Source: Candidatus Latescibacterota bacterium | GTDB lineage: Bacteria; Latescibacterota; UBA2968; UBA8231 | Assembly: GCA_965197905.1 (NCBI GenBank) | Contig: CBDAOB010000005.1 | Location: 288,001-352,000 of the forward strand | DNA: 64,000 nt | Direction: 5' to 3' | Part shown: piece by piece, positions 19,409 through 31,330 of the stretch | Layout of the letters: every line of letters begins with the position of its first letter | How positions within the stretch are numbered: the stretch's first letter is position 1 | Notes under the pieces: generated by a model | What the model was told of the DNA's origin: nothing | Databases searched by the model: none | Seen by the model: only the letters and a program-made list of their open reading frames with translations | Position numbers and translations under genes: made by a program

Positions 19409-19960
19409 TCACGATTGCAAAAGTGCTTCCACATCTATGGTGATCAGCACATCATCGCTGACGACAACACCGCCTTTATCCATCGGCGCGTTCCAACTTA
19501 CACCAAAATCGTGGCGGTTAATCGTGGTCTCAGCGACGAATCCAGCGCGTGGCATGGGACCCTTGTCAACACCATCTTCCCAAAATGGCGTGTCCCACTG
19601 GCCTAAGTATCGCACGTCTAAAGTGACCTTCCGCGTTATGCCACGAATCGTTAAATCACCTATGACTTTGAAGTCATTCGTACTGGTGAGTTGAATTTGG
19701 TTGCCGGAGAACGTGATCTTCGGGTGGTTTTCGACATCCAAAAAATCACTTTGACGTAGGTGGTCGTCCCGGTCTTCGTCTCCCGACCAGAGCGAGGCCG
19801 CATCAATCTCTGCCTCAACAGAAAAAGTGAGAGGATTTTCTGGATCAAATTCCATCGTGCCCTCAATATTCTTGAAGCACCCACGAATCCAAGTGACCAT
19901 CATGTGTCGGGCGCAAAATTCTGCGGCTGTATGTCCGGGTTCAAATACCCATTTTGCCAT
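19409..19960 (-). CDS. YceI family protein
   Basis: W..EPGHT..EF..RHMM, RDDHLRQSDFLD, GDLTIRG, INRHDFGV. Confidence 0.92.
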   Translation of the reverse strand: MAKWVFEPGHTAAEFCARHMMVTWIRGCFKNIEGTMEFDPENPLTFSVEAEIDAASLWSGDEDRDDHLRQSDFLDVENHPKITFSGNQIQLTSTNDFKVIGDLTIRGITRKVTLDVRYLGQWDTPFWEDGVDKGPMPRAGFVAETTINRHDFGVSWNAPMDKGGVVVSDDVLITIDVEALLQS

Positions 19961-20010
19961 GACTATTCCTCATCATGTTGTCCGACGTGCTTACCAGTGT
20001 GTTTGAAAGG

Positions 20011-20202
20011 TTAGGCTTTGATTTCTTCGCGAACCACATTGTAATCTACGCCGAACTCCTCCAAGACCTGGCAAGCTGCTCCTTCTCGATCTCTGAATAG
20101 CGCAAGCAAAAGTTGATCCCCTTCGACTACGTGACTCTGCATCTTTCTTGCTTCCTCAACTGCCGCTTCCAGAACTTGCTTTGCCCTTGGAGTATGATGC
20201 AT
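20011..20202 (-). pseudogene. Clp protease N-terminal repeat fragment
   Basis: TPRAKQVLEAAVEEARKM...LLLALFRDREGAACQVL. Confidence 0.6.
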
Positions 20203-20415
20203 TCCCGCAGCACTATGGGCGCCACCCGACGGATATACGTAACTATCAATCGATTTCTTCAGCTTGGCTTACACATTTAATATCGGCGCCTAGTTCATCG
20301 CGGCCCGGAAAATTCGATCTCCCGCTCGCCCTTTCTCCGTCACCTCCAGCCTAACCATCAGCTCCGCTCCTTCATTATAGTAGTGTTTAGCAACATTCCC
20401 GTTTTCAATCCGCGT

Positions 20416-20587
20416 CTATATTAACTCGACGAAGTCGTCTTCCTGCGCCTCGTCGGCGAACTCCATTCCTATCTTCTGCTTGCCCCAATCGAGATACGTC
20501 CGCCTGAACATGCGTGCCCGGCCAGCGTCAATTTCGCGCTTGTCCGTGCCGCGTGGATTTTTGTTCGGTTCGGGCTTGGAAGGCATG
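20416..20587 (-). CDS. Possible small hypothetical protein (MPSKPEPNKNPRG...)
   Basis: ATG just downstream of TTGAAC-N17-TACCTT; no recognised homology. Confidence 0.3.
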
Positions 20588-21220
20588 CCGGAAAGGTAGG
20601 AAGCCGGCGAGGGCGGTTCAATTGCGGGAGATACGGGCGTTGGAGCTGGTTTCGGGACGAGGTTGAGTGAGCCCGCGCCTCCGGGGCTTTCGGATCGTAC
20701 CACTACTGGTTCGCGGCACGTAGATAACGACGCATGTGCCACGCAAACTCGGACTCAATCTCATCCTTCTGGCCATTTGTGCCGGTGATCTGCAGCCTTA
20801 CCAAGGCTTGGGTGGCCATGTGAAAAGGTTTTCGGCATTACGGTCTTTTACAAACCTTTCCTTGTTACCGGCAAATCTGTTAGTTCTGATCGACCCTATG
20901 TTTGGACAGATCTAAGTGGGGACTCCGAGGAGAGCAGATGTGCGTTCTCGGGGCCCCACCAAATTGCTTATCTTTAGTAAGAAAAAATATCGCCTCCTTT
21001 TGCGACACCTATCCCGATGCCTTCTGAATTATTGCTCTGAATTTGACTCGTACATTGTCTCTGCGACATCGGAAAACAAACGACAGAATAATTCAACTCG
21101 TGACTTTGCGAAAAGCCGCATGACCAAACGAAAGAGCTTAGGAGTGAAAAGTCTCCTTTTGGTAAAGGACCAAGGCACTTGGATAAAGCGCGAGAAGGTC
21201 AAACGCATGGCCAGTGGCGG

Positions 21221-24200
21221 ATGAAAGTCCTTATAAGTTTTATTCTAATCGGCTTGCGGACAGTGTTCGGACAATCATCGCAAGTCAAGACACCTGAAGC
21301 GCATGCCGAGCTGCCCAACTCCCCGGCACAGTCCCCGCGCTTCGAGAAGATCGCGACAGGGTTCGATTTATACGCGATCCTTCAAGATCGGGACGGCTTT
21401 TTGTGGTTGGCCACGCAGAGTGGACTGGTCAAGTACAACGGCTACGATTTCCACCGTTACTCCGCTGGCGAGCACTCCATCACCGGAAACTTCGTGAACG
21501 CCCTCTACGAGGACAGCGAGGGTATCCTTTGGATCGGCACCACAAGCGGGCTCTGCTCTTACGACAAGGCGAGCGACCGGTTCACTCAATACAAGCACGA
21601 TCCCCGGCAGCCCGAAAGCATCAGCAACGACAACATCCTGATGTTCCAGGCGATCGTCGAGGATCGCGATGGAGCGATATGGGTCGGGACCTCAGACGGG
21701 TTGAACCGGTACGATAAGAGTGAGAAGCGCTTCACCCGTTACAGTAGCGACCCGACCGACTCCGCAAAGCTCATCGATAACTTCATAAGCGCGATAATCC
21801 GGGACCGACATGACTTCCTTTGGATCGGCACGAAACACGGTTTGCATAAGTTCGATCCCACCAAGGGGATCGTTGTCGAGCGATACCCGAGCCAGCGTGA
21901 CGACCCGATGAGTCTGCATGGCATCAACGTCACCGCCCTCATGGAGGACAGCGAAGGAAAGATCTGGGTGGGAACCCATGAGGACGGGCTGCAGAGGCTC
22001 GACCCTGTCACTCGGACCGTGACGCACTATGTCGCCGGCTCCGAGCGTGCATCCAGCCTGAGTAGCAATTTTGTCTATTCGATGATCGAGTTGCCGGACG
22101 GCAAGCTGTGGATCACGACGTTTGGGGGCGGACTCAACATATTCGACCCCGACACCGAGACGTTTTCGCCCTACCAGTACAACTCCGAGGCCAACGATCC
22201 CGATGGCATCAGCAGCAACCTGCTGGGGGACATCGTCATGGACAACTCGGGCGCGGTATGGATTGCCACCCTGGACGGCGAGATCAATCGATACGACCCG
22301 AAGGGGCCGAGGTTCCAGACGGTGCGGCATGTGCCCGGCGTACATAACAGTGTGAGCAAAGGATCGTATATCGGCCAGATCATCGAGGATCGCACCGGCG
22401 TAGTGTGGATTGCCGTAGGGGGGGCGGGGCTGGACCGCTACGACCGCAAGACCGGCGTGTTTACGCACTACCGCCACGTTCCGGACGACCCCGAGAGCCT
22501 GCCGGAATCGTACGGGCACGCGCTCATCGAGGATACGCAGGGAAACCTATGGATGACGTCGATGAATTGGATCGTCCTCGTCGACCGGGAGACGGGCAAA
22601 GCAAAAAAGACCTATCCTGCCAGGGCCTGGCCGCACAGCCCCATCGAGGACCGCGGCGATCCGGATATCCTCTGGTTTGGCACCGGCGGCTTGGGGCTGC
22701 TGAAATTTCACAAGCCCACGGGGGAAACGACCTATTTCGAACCGGATCCTTCATCCGAGACGAGCGTCAGCGTTGGCGTCGCGCTCTCCATCTACCAGGA
22801 CGATGAGGGCTTCATCTGGATTGCGTCGCTGGGAGGCGGACTCGACCGATTTGACCCGCGTACCGGTAAGGTTGTAGCCCAAGTACAAACACAACCCTGA
22901 CGATCCGACAACGCTCGCCAGCAACACCCTGTACCAATTCTTCAGGGATTCGTCGGGTACCTATTGGATCGGCAGTGAAGCCGGGCTGAACCGTTTCGAT
23001 CCCAACACCGGGACGTTTCGCCGCTTCTCCGAGCGCGATGGCACGTTTCCGATGAGCTCGGCCGGGCAGATCGCGGAGTATCCGAGAGGCCAGCTATGGA
23101 TAGGCGGTGACGGGGGAATCGTCCGCTTCGATCCCGATACCGGCGATGCTCAGCTCTACAGAGTGGACTTTCACATCGGGGCTTTTCGGCCGCTGGTCAC
23201 CGAGGACGGTGAGCTCTGGTTCTATGAAGACAACACCATCATCCGCTTTCACCCCGAGGCGATCACAGATGAGACCACCTCCACCTCTATCCCGGTGTAC
23301 ATTACCTCGCTCACGCAGCGCGGTAAGCCGCTCAATCTGGGCGCTGCGTCCGAGAAAAGCCGATCGATCCATCTCGATTGGCGAAGCAACTTCTTCGAGT
23401 TCGAGTTCGCCGGGCTGGACTACCAGAGGGTCGGTGACATTCAGTACCGCTATCGGCTCGAAGGCGTCGACAAGAATTGGTACGAAGCCGGCACCACACG
23501 GCGTGGTCGCTACACCAGCTTGCAGGGAGGAACCTATGCGCTCCAGGTTATGGCGACCAACAAAGACGGCCAATGGAGTGACCACATCGCCGAGCTGAGC
23601 GTCGTCGTAGACCGACCGCCCTGGCAAACCTGGTGGTTTAGGATTGTTGCAGGTGCATCCGTTTTGGCTTTGGCGTTTGGCGGCTACAGAAGAAGGATAA
23701 GGAATATTGAGACCCGAAAGAAACAACTTGAAATTCAGGTAGCAGAACAAACCAAAGAGATACGAGATACGCAGGTGCAGTTGGTGCAATCAGAAAAGAT
23801 GGCGGCGTTGGGAAAGCTTACCGCAGGCATTGTTCATGAAATTAATACGCCGGTAGGTGCGCTCAAAAGTACAGTGGACACCATGAGTCGATGCGGCGCT
23901 AAAATAAATCAAATTTTGGAAAACAGTAGCACTCTTGCTGAACTCAAAGATAACAGCGTCTATCAGAAGTCTCTTCAAATCCTCGAAGAAAATCGTCAGG
24001 TCGCATCATCGGCCGGTGAAAGAATTGTGAAAGTTGTAACTAGCTTGCGAAATTTTACCAGACTGGATGAAGCCGAATTAGAAAGGGCAGACATTCATGA
24101 AGGGTTGGATAGCGCCTTGACGTTAATCCAACACGAGATGAAAGAGAGCGTGGGCGTTGAAAAAAATTATTGTGATATTCCAGAGATTCGATGTTATCCA

Positions 24201-24542
24201 GCCGATCTCAATCAAGTTTTCATGACTTTATTGCGGAATGCAGCGCAAGCGATTGAAAATAAGGGTACCATCACAATCAAAACATCTTCAGAGGAAAATA
24301 ATGTGCGTGTTCAAATCTCAGATACGGGTAAAGGCATGCCCCCAGAAAAAATAAAGACGCTTTTCGACGTAGGTTTTACAACAAAGGACACCAGAGTCGG
24401 GATGGCCATGGGCCTAAGTAATGCGTACAACATAATTCAAAACCATGAAGGTGAGCTAAAGGTAGAAAGTGAAGTAGGCAAAGGCAGCACTTTCACGATT
24501 ATTTTGCCGATGGATTTGAAAGAAACTCTCAAAACTGTGTAA
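21221..24542 (+). CDS. Beta-propeller (Reg_prop) + Y_Y_Y + TM + histidine kinase sensor; 1-nt frameshift at 22878-22880
   Basis: EDxxGxxWIGT repeats; removing one C joins VVA-KYKHNPDD into frame 23052..24542; YRYRLEG, PPWQTWW, AGIVHEINTP. Confidence 0.88.
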
Positions 24543-24802
24543 ACTTCATTGGCGGTTTTCGAATGGCTACCTCAAATCGTCCAATCTATCCACAAGATAT
24601 TGGGGCTACTCACAGTAATTCCGGATGGCCTGAAAGGGGTGACCTGGTGGCCATCTTTCCGGTGCAAAGCTGGCACTATTTGAGGCAGGTGATTGAATTT
24701 GTATAATGTTTTCGGGATGCGAGCCAATTGAGAGCAACCCTGAGAAATAGGTATTAATTACATATTTTGGTCTTAGCTAGGTCCTAGTAGACCTACGGGG
24801 TC

Positions 24803-26148
24803 ATGACGGACAATACCACCAAGGAACCCGCCGACGAAGAGATCGCACTGGTTGTTCAGCAACCGGGCGAACAGCAGGCGGCTGTGTTTCAGTTACTCGA
24901 CGTGATGTTGAGTTTCCTGTACGGGTTCAACATCAAGACGGTGGAACGCATTGCCGACGCTAGCCCACTATTGATGGAGCGTGCCAAGCAGGTGCGCTGT
25001 GTCTTCGTGGTCCATGACGAGAAGATCACTAATACCACGAGTCTCACTGCCCTCTCGCTTCGAGGCTCGATTCCGGTGTTTCTCCTCGTGCCCCGAACAC
25101 TGCTCGAACATCACGCGGAAATATCCAAGAACGCCAGGAACGTTTTTGCCTTTGCCTTCGAAAACGTCTCTGACAGAGCCGATCCCTCTTTCCGTGAGTT
25201 AGTCGACGACGTCTTCGAGCGCAACGGCATCGCTGGCCTGTTCGACGGGGCGCGGCACCTCTCCTTTCGCGTTTTGCAGCAACGGGTTCAACGACGGTTA
25301 AAAAACCTGAACACCTTGCCGACGCTGCCAGCGATCATCCTGCGGATCATGAAACTGCTAAACGATCCCGAGTCCACGGCCGCGGACCTCGAGGAGGTTC
25401 TGCTCACCGACGCATCGATCGTACATAAATTAATTCAGCTTGTGAATACGCCGATTTTTGCCGGGCCGGGACACAAGGGAGAGTGGACACTGGGGGAGGC
25501 GATCGTGCGCCTGGGACGCAAGAAGATCGCCAGTATGGCGGTGCAGATTAAGCTAATCAATACTCTGGTCAAGCCCGAGGAAAGCAAGTTCGACCTGCAG
25601 CGGTTCTGGCGGCATTCGGTCGGCACGGCGATGCTGGCGGACAAGATCTATCTAGATCAGATGGTCCACGTGGACAACTGGGAGGAGTGCGACAACTATT
25701 GGCTTGCCGCGCTGCTGCACGACATCGGCAAACTCATACTTGGTTTTTTCTTTTGGAATTACTTCGAAAAGGTACTCGGACAGATGGATGGGACGACGCG
25801 GTCCTTCAGCGATGCGGAGACGCGCATGGGCGACACGGCCACCCACGAACAGATCGGAAAGCTGTTGCAATCAGGACGAACATGTCGCAGGAAGTGGTCA
25901 GCGCCGTGGCCAATCACTCCGATCCCGAACAGCTTCCCACTCCGCTGGTCAGTCTGGTCCACTTGAGTGACCAGATCTGTAAAGATCTAGGCCTGGGTTA
26001 CGTGAGTGGCGAACGCGGCGAGTACAGCGATTCGGTACTCCGAGCCCTAGGCCTCGACTCCGCCGGACTCGACCGATTGCGCGAGCAGCTGCGCGAGAGC
26101 ATGGTCGACGAGATCATGGATGTCGTGGAGCGCTGCACGACCGTATAG
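24803..26148 (+). CDS. HDOD domain protein; 1-nt frameshift at ~25867
   Basis: LPTLP..ILRI, FWRHS, AALLHDIGK; continues AIRTNMSQEVVSAVANH...VHLSDQIC in the next frame. Confidence 0.85.
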
Positions 26149-26302
26149 CTCCGATTAGCCATTTTCGGGGATCGCTCAGAGATATTATACCGTGTAGATT
26201 CGAGCCCTGCTTGAAGGCGACCGAGCTAGTCAAGACCTATGCCATTAGGTGCCAGGAGTAGGAGGGTTGGCAGACAGCAAGGCGCCGCGGCTCAGTGATG
26301 CG

Positions 26303-27331
26303 CTACACAAATTGGTCGTCAGAATCACCGCGGACGATCGTGACCTGACCTTGTTCTTCCAATTGCCGCACCTGCTGTACGATGCGTAGCTGTACTTCCT
26401 CTACCTCGCTCAGGCGCATGGGTCCCTGAAACTCCATCTCTTCTGTTATGAAGGTCCGAACACGCTCCGACATATTGCCGAGAACTTTGTCCTTGAGCTC
26501 GTCCTCGGCACTCTTGAGGGCCACTACCAGGTCCTTCTGATCCACTTCGCGCAACAGCGTCTGAATCTCCCGGTCGGTCAGTTTTACGATGTCGGCAAAC
26601 ACGAACATCAGGTTGCGAACTGCTTCCGCTATTTCGGGGTCCTGCGCATCCATTTGATCCAGCACACTCTTTTCTACACTCGAACCGGTGAGGTTTAGGA
26701 TATCAGCAACTACCTTGGGGCCACCGACATCCTGGTCGCCACCTAGCATGTCTCTTAAAGTTTGTTCGAGGGCTTCTTCAATTTCCTTTATCACGTTAGG
26801 CGTTATGTTCTCCATTGTGGCCAGGCGATAAGCAACATCAGCTTGTAAGCGCTCGGCCAGATTCGCTAAGATACCGGCTGCTTGGGCCGACTCCAACTGT
26901 GACAGTATCAGGGCAATCGTTTGCGGATGTTCATTGGAAATGAAGGGCGCGATCTGATCCGCGGCAACATTCTTGAGAATGTAGAACCCCGCTGAGACCT
27001 TGCTGCCCACGCGCTCCATAATCTCCTGCGCCCGGCGTGGCCCCACGGCCCGCTCCAACGCCGCCCGGGCAAAGTCTATGCCGCCCTGAGCAATCCATTC
27101 ACCCGCAGTCAGGTGCTGCTCAAATTCCTCGAGCACCTTGTCTATGATATCCGTGGAAATATTCTTGAGGGCGGCGATAGATTGGGTGATTTCCTCTATT
27201 TCGTAGTCGCTAAGATGCTTCATGACCTCGCCGGATACCTCTTCTCCTAAAGCCACCATCACGATACCCAACTTTTGGCGCATCGGAATATCAGGCTCTT
27301 CGTCCCCGGCAGTTTCATCAATTTCGGCCAT
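26303..27331 (-). CDS. fliG: Flagellar motor switch protein FliG
   Basis: EHPQTIALILS, GGPKVVADILN, MFVFADI, NMSER, GPMRLSEVEEVQ. Confidence 0.93.
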   Translation of the reverse strand: MAEIDETAGDEEPDIPMRQKLGIVMVALGEEVSGEVMKHLSDYEIEEITQSIAALKNISTDIIDKVLEEFEQHLTAGEWIAQGGIDFARAALERAVGPRRAQEIMERVGSKVSAGFYILKNVAADQIAPFISNEHPQTIALILSQLESAQAAGILANLAERLQADVAYRLATMENITPNVIKEIEEALEQTLRDMLGGDQDVGGPKVVADILNLTGSSVEKSVLDQMDAQDPEIAEAVRNLMFVFADIVKLTDREIQTLLREVDQKDLVVALKSAEDELKDKVLGNMSERVRTFITEEMEFQGPMRLSEVEEVQLRIVQQVRQLEEQGQVTIVRGDSDDQFV

Positions 27332-28138
27332 ATCCACGTCCAATTCGCATGTGAGATAAGCTGATAATCCACAAGCTAATCGAATTCGATTCAGTAAACA
27401 ATTCTGCGATTCGCTTCGCGGTAGAGACAACTTCAACGCTCGTGGGCAGCGTCACAACGCCATGAGATGGGAGGGTGACAATGGCAAAGCACGATGGAAT
27501 TACGCCACGAGCCTCTTCGCCCGATTGAGTCGACGAGATGGCACGCTGCCGAGTCTGTTCCCTTCGGACGCTTCTGCCATGCTATGCCATCTGTAGAAGT
27601 GGCGTAACCGATAATTCGGTCGTAGGTGCCTCCGGTCCAGGTACTGTACCGCATCTTGTAGGGTTCAAAAAATGAAGGCGTCCGATGATAGACTTTTAGT
27701 GCTCAAGTATTGTAAAATCAACAGGTTGGCTCGCCTCGTTTTCTTTGGGAAGAGCTAGTGCTCCAACTGACCCTGGTTAGTGGTACGAAGTTGTAACGAA
27801 AGAGAGCTGACAATCCCGTGCTGTTGATGTAGTATTTCTCGTCGAAGCGATGCAATACTGCGTGGGTCTCTGCTGTGCACTCCTGGGACCTTGGCTGCCA
27901 ACTCCAACGTCCAGAGTTGCCGAGGCGCCAGTTGCGACAGGTGTTTGCAGCGAACGACTTCGATCAACCGGGGCGCGTGCAGGCTGCCGAGAATCCCCCC
28001 AATAGGTATCTTTGAAACCGGCCTGACCGCGGCGAGATTCATCTCGAGCAGATGCTGACGCACCAGGACCCGAAGAGCTGGCGAAATTGAGGGCGAGCTC
28101 CTAGTGGTTCAGCCTTACTCACCGATACAGGAGGTCCG

Positions 28139-29182
28139 ATGGTTCCGAATCTCAGAGAGCCTCTTGACCCTGAAACTGTCTATCGCGCTGACCTGACCAA
28201 CGGAACGAAAGTGTCCGGGTGCGTTGTTCATCAAGACGACCAGCGCATCCGACTCAGGTTGAACGACGGTTTCGCAACCACGATTCCCTTGTCGCGGATT
28301 CACGCTCTGTCCGAAGGCGACGGATCAAATGTGATCCAGGCCTTACCGACCGATGCTAGATCGAAAGACTACAAGACACTTGCATTGAAGACCGTGCATG
28401 AAGTCACGATCCGCAAGAACCCGACGACGCAAGTACACCTGCGTGCCGTCGAATGGCCGGATCAGACCTTCCTGCTATGGTTTCCAGAAGCAGTCGTGCC
28501 TGGCGTGTGGAAGCAATGGGATGCTGAAGTGGCCCGCCAGGACTTCGTCACGAAGGAAGACGGCTCACTGGTTTGGACGAAGGACCTGCCCGGGATCGCG
28601 ATCTTGAAGGCGACACTGACCCCTGGCGATCATTCCGTGAATCTCGAAGTCCGAGTCAAAGCGGAACCAGATCACGAAATTCCGATGGCGGCGCCGGAGA
28701 TCTGCTTGCACTTTTCGGCGGCTCCCGAGTTTGCCTGCAACGACTACAGCCGGATCTTTGTTCGCGTCGAGAAGCAGTGGAGGTCACTGCTGGAGCTGCG
28801 AACTGCTCCGGGTGCACCGACGGAACAAAGCCCGGCCAGCGTCATCTATCGCGAGGAGCTTCTCAAGTCGGATCGACCAAATGTCTGGAAGGGCAGAATG
28901 GAGAAGCGGACGATGCCCGAACTTGCCGATCATCCCCTAATCGCTTGTGTTTCCAAGTCCGGCGATCGAACGGTCGCGACCGCTACGGAAGACTGTCTGG
29001 GACTCTTCCACAACCAGGGGATACCCTACTTGCTCTGTATTCACAGCGCTGAAGCCGGAGTTCGAATTCCCAAAGGAAAAGAGGCCGTATTCCGTCAGGT
29101 CATCTGGTTTGTTGATGGCGACGTCGAAAAAGCGGTCGCCGCATTCGATCGTGATGTTGCCGGCAAGATTCTGAATCCTTAG
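28139..29182 (+). CDS. Hypothetical protein
   Basis: 347-aa ORF with AGGAGG RBS. Confidence 0.65.
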   Translation: MVPNLREPLDPETVYRADLTNGTKVSGCVVHQDDQRIRLRLNDGFATTIPLSRIHALSEGDGSNVIQALPTDARSKDYKTLALKTVHEVTIRKNPTTQVHLRAVEWPDQTFLLWFPEAVVPGVWKQWDAEVARQDFVTKEDGSLVWTKDLPGIAILKATLTPGDHSVNLEVRVKAEPDHEIPMAAPEICLHFSAAPEFACNDYSRIFVRVEKQWRSLLELRTAPGAPTEQSPASVIYREELLKSDRPNVWKGRMEKRTMPELADHPLIACVSKSGDRTVATATEDCLGLFHNQGIPYLLCIHSAEAGVRIPKGKEAVFRQVIWFVDGDVEKAVAAFDRDVAGKILNP

Positions 29183-29278
29183 GACGACCGCTCCTTTGGG
29201 CACAATAAGAGTAAGCGGATCTTGCTCCGCCTTTCACCGCCTTGCGCGGGTTGCACGCAACACTCACAATGAGAACTC

Positions 29279-30508
29279 ATGGAGTGCCTTGCGCCGACGG
29301 CCCGCATCTGCTGCCTCGATCTGGACACCTTCTTCGTCTCGGTCGAGCGACTCTTCCGGCCCAACCTGATCGGCCAGCCGGTGGTGGTCGGCGCCCTGCC
29401 GGGGACCCGGGGTGTCGTCACCGCAGCCAGCTACGAAGTGCGCGCCTTCGGAGTCCGCGCTGGCATGCCGATTGCCGAAGCGTACCGGCTGGCGCCACAC
29501 GCGGTCTACCTCTCGGGTAGGCACGGCGAATACGGAAAATATGCGCGACGGGTGCGGGAGATTCTCGAGCGCTACACGCCGATCGTCCGCACCGCGAGCA
29601 TCGACGAGTATTTCCTCGACTTCCGACGCTGTGAGCGCCTCTACCGCAAGAATGGCGACTCCGACGGCGATGCGACGATCGAGCGGGTCGTGCGCGAAAT
29701 CTGCCATTCGATCCGGACCGAGACCGGTCTGCCTGCCAGTGCGGGCATCGCTACGTCGCGGCCGGTCGCCAAGATCGCGTCGGGCGTTGCCAAGCCAGCA
29801 GGCGTGCGAATCGTGCACGGAGGCGAGGAGCGCATCTTTATCGAGCCACTCCCCTGCCGCAAGTGGCCCGGCATCGGGCCGGTCACCGATGAACGGCTCC
29901 GGTCATCCGGCATAAGCACCCTCGGCCAACTGCTGTCGTTACCGGAGAAATCTCAAGAAGCATCCCTCGTCGCTTCTGTTCGCCAGGTGTTCTCCGGCGA
30001 GTTTGCGAACAAGCTCGGGCGCGACCGCCCTGCCTTTCGCGAGCATGACCCGAAGGGGCTGACCCTCGGCAGCATCTCCAACGAAAGCACTTTTGGGCAC
30101 GACGTCGGCGACCTGGAGTCCATCCACGCGCGCCTGCGCTCCCTGTGCGAGCGCGTCAGCTGGCGGGCGCGGCAACGCGACGTCTACGCACGGACAATCA
30201 CCCTCAAGCTTCGCTACGCCGACTTCGAGACCCTCACCCGGGCACGCACCATAAAGCCGACGAACGTCGACGCGCGGGTTCTCGCCTGCGTTAAGCAGCT
30301 CTTCCGCGACAACTACGACGGCAAGCGGGAAGTTCGGTTACTGGGCATCGCCCTGTCGGGCCTCGAGGAGACCCCCTGGCAACTCGAGCTGTTCGACGGA
30401 TGCCAGCGTCCGCCGATGCAGAACGCGATCGACGCGGTGCGCAAGCGCTTCGGATACGATGCGATTCGCCTCGGTCATGCGCCGCGACCGAGGCGAACCG
30501 GGTTTTAG
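29279..30508 (+). CDS. dinB: DNA polymerase IV (Y-family)
   Basis: DLDTFFVSVE, ASYEVRAFGVRAGM, SIDEYFLD, PGIG, VRLLGI. Confidence 0.95.
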   Translation: MECLAPTARICCLDLDTFFVSVERLFRPNLIGQPVVVGALPGTRGVVTAASYEVRAFGVRAGMPIAEAYRLAPHAVYLSGRHGEYGKYARRVREILERYTPIVRTASIDEYFLDFRRCERLYRKNGDSDGDATIERVVREICHSIRTETGLPASAGIATSRPVAKIASGVAKPAGVRIVHGGEERIFIEPLPCRKWPGIGPVTDERLRSSGISTLGQLLSLPEKSQEASLVASVRQVFSGEFANKLGRDRPAFREHDPKGLTLGSISNESTFGHDVGDLESIHARLRSLCERVSWRARQRDVYARTITLKLRYADFETLTRARTIKPTNVDARVLACVKQLFRDNYDGKREVRLLGIALSGLEETPWQLELFDGCQRPPMQNAIDAVRKRFGYDAIRLGHAPRPRRTGF

Positions 30509-30622
30509 CAGTAGGGCTGCCGACTGGTAACGGCGCGCGGGCATTCATGGGGGTGGCGCAGACATGCTCAGCTCAAAGGGGTCGCACGTGCCGCCTCGCT
30601 CCGATGAGTCCGAGAGCAAGGC

Positions 30623-31330
30623 TCATGCCGACGCAACGCGAAGGCCAAGACAGCGGTGCCGCAGATCGGGTGGGTCTTCATGACGGTGAGCCGCCCAGAA
30701 CGGTGAGGGCTCGTTCGTCATGAACGAACCACCGACAAGAACGCGGTTAGTTTGAGCCGGTTTGCCTGTGGGAGTATTGGTGGGTGGATCATCGGCAACA
30801 TCGATATAGAGGTCTGCCAACCATTGCCAGATGTTTCCGACCATATCGTAGAGTCCAAATCCATTGGGCTCAAAGGATCCAACCGGCAAAGGAGCCCCGT
30901 CGTCAGGCTGACCATACCAGCAGCGGCCGCGGGGATCGTCGTTGCCCCAGGGGTGACGCATGCCGTCCAAGCCGCCACGCGCCGCTTTCTCCCACTCATC
31001 CGCATGCGGGAGCCGATAGGCACGGCCGGTCTTGTCGCTCAACCATGCGCAATACGCATCCGCGTCTTCGGCAGACACACCGCACACAGGTAGACGCGGA
31101 TCGGCGAGAACACGGTCGTTCCAGTCCAGCGGAAGCGGATGATCGGTATCCTTGACGAATCGCTCGTATTCCCCGCGGATCACGGTGTGGCGGGCGATCT
31201 GATACTCCTTCACTTCGACCTGCTTGGGACCACGCCAACGGTGGAGCGGGAAATCGTCGGGACAGCGAGGCGCGCCGAGTGTGACGATACCTGCCGGGAT
31301 CGTCACCATCTGTGGCTCAAGTGGACTCAT
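30623..31330 (-). CDS. FGE-sulfatase (SUMF1-like) domain protein
   Basis: YRLPHADEWEKAARGG, PNGFGLYDMVGNIWQW, LGLRV. Confidence 0.9.
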   Translation of the reverse strand: MSPLEPQMVTIPAGIVTLGAPRCPDDFPLHRWRGPKQVEVKEYQIARHTVIRGEYERFVKDTDHPLPLDWNDRVLADPRLPVCGVSAEDADAYCAWLSDKTGRAYRLPHADEWEKAARGGLDGMRHPWGNDDPRGRCWYGQPDDGAPLPVGSFEPNGFGLYDMVGNIWQWLADLYIDVADDPPTNTPTGKPAQTNRVLVGGSFMTNEPSPFWAAHRHEDPPDLRHRCLGLRVASA

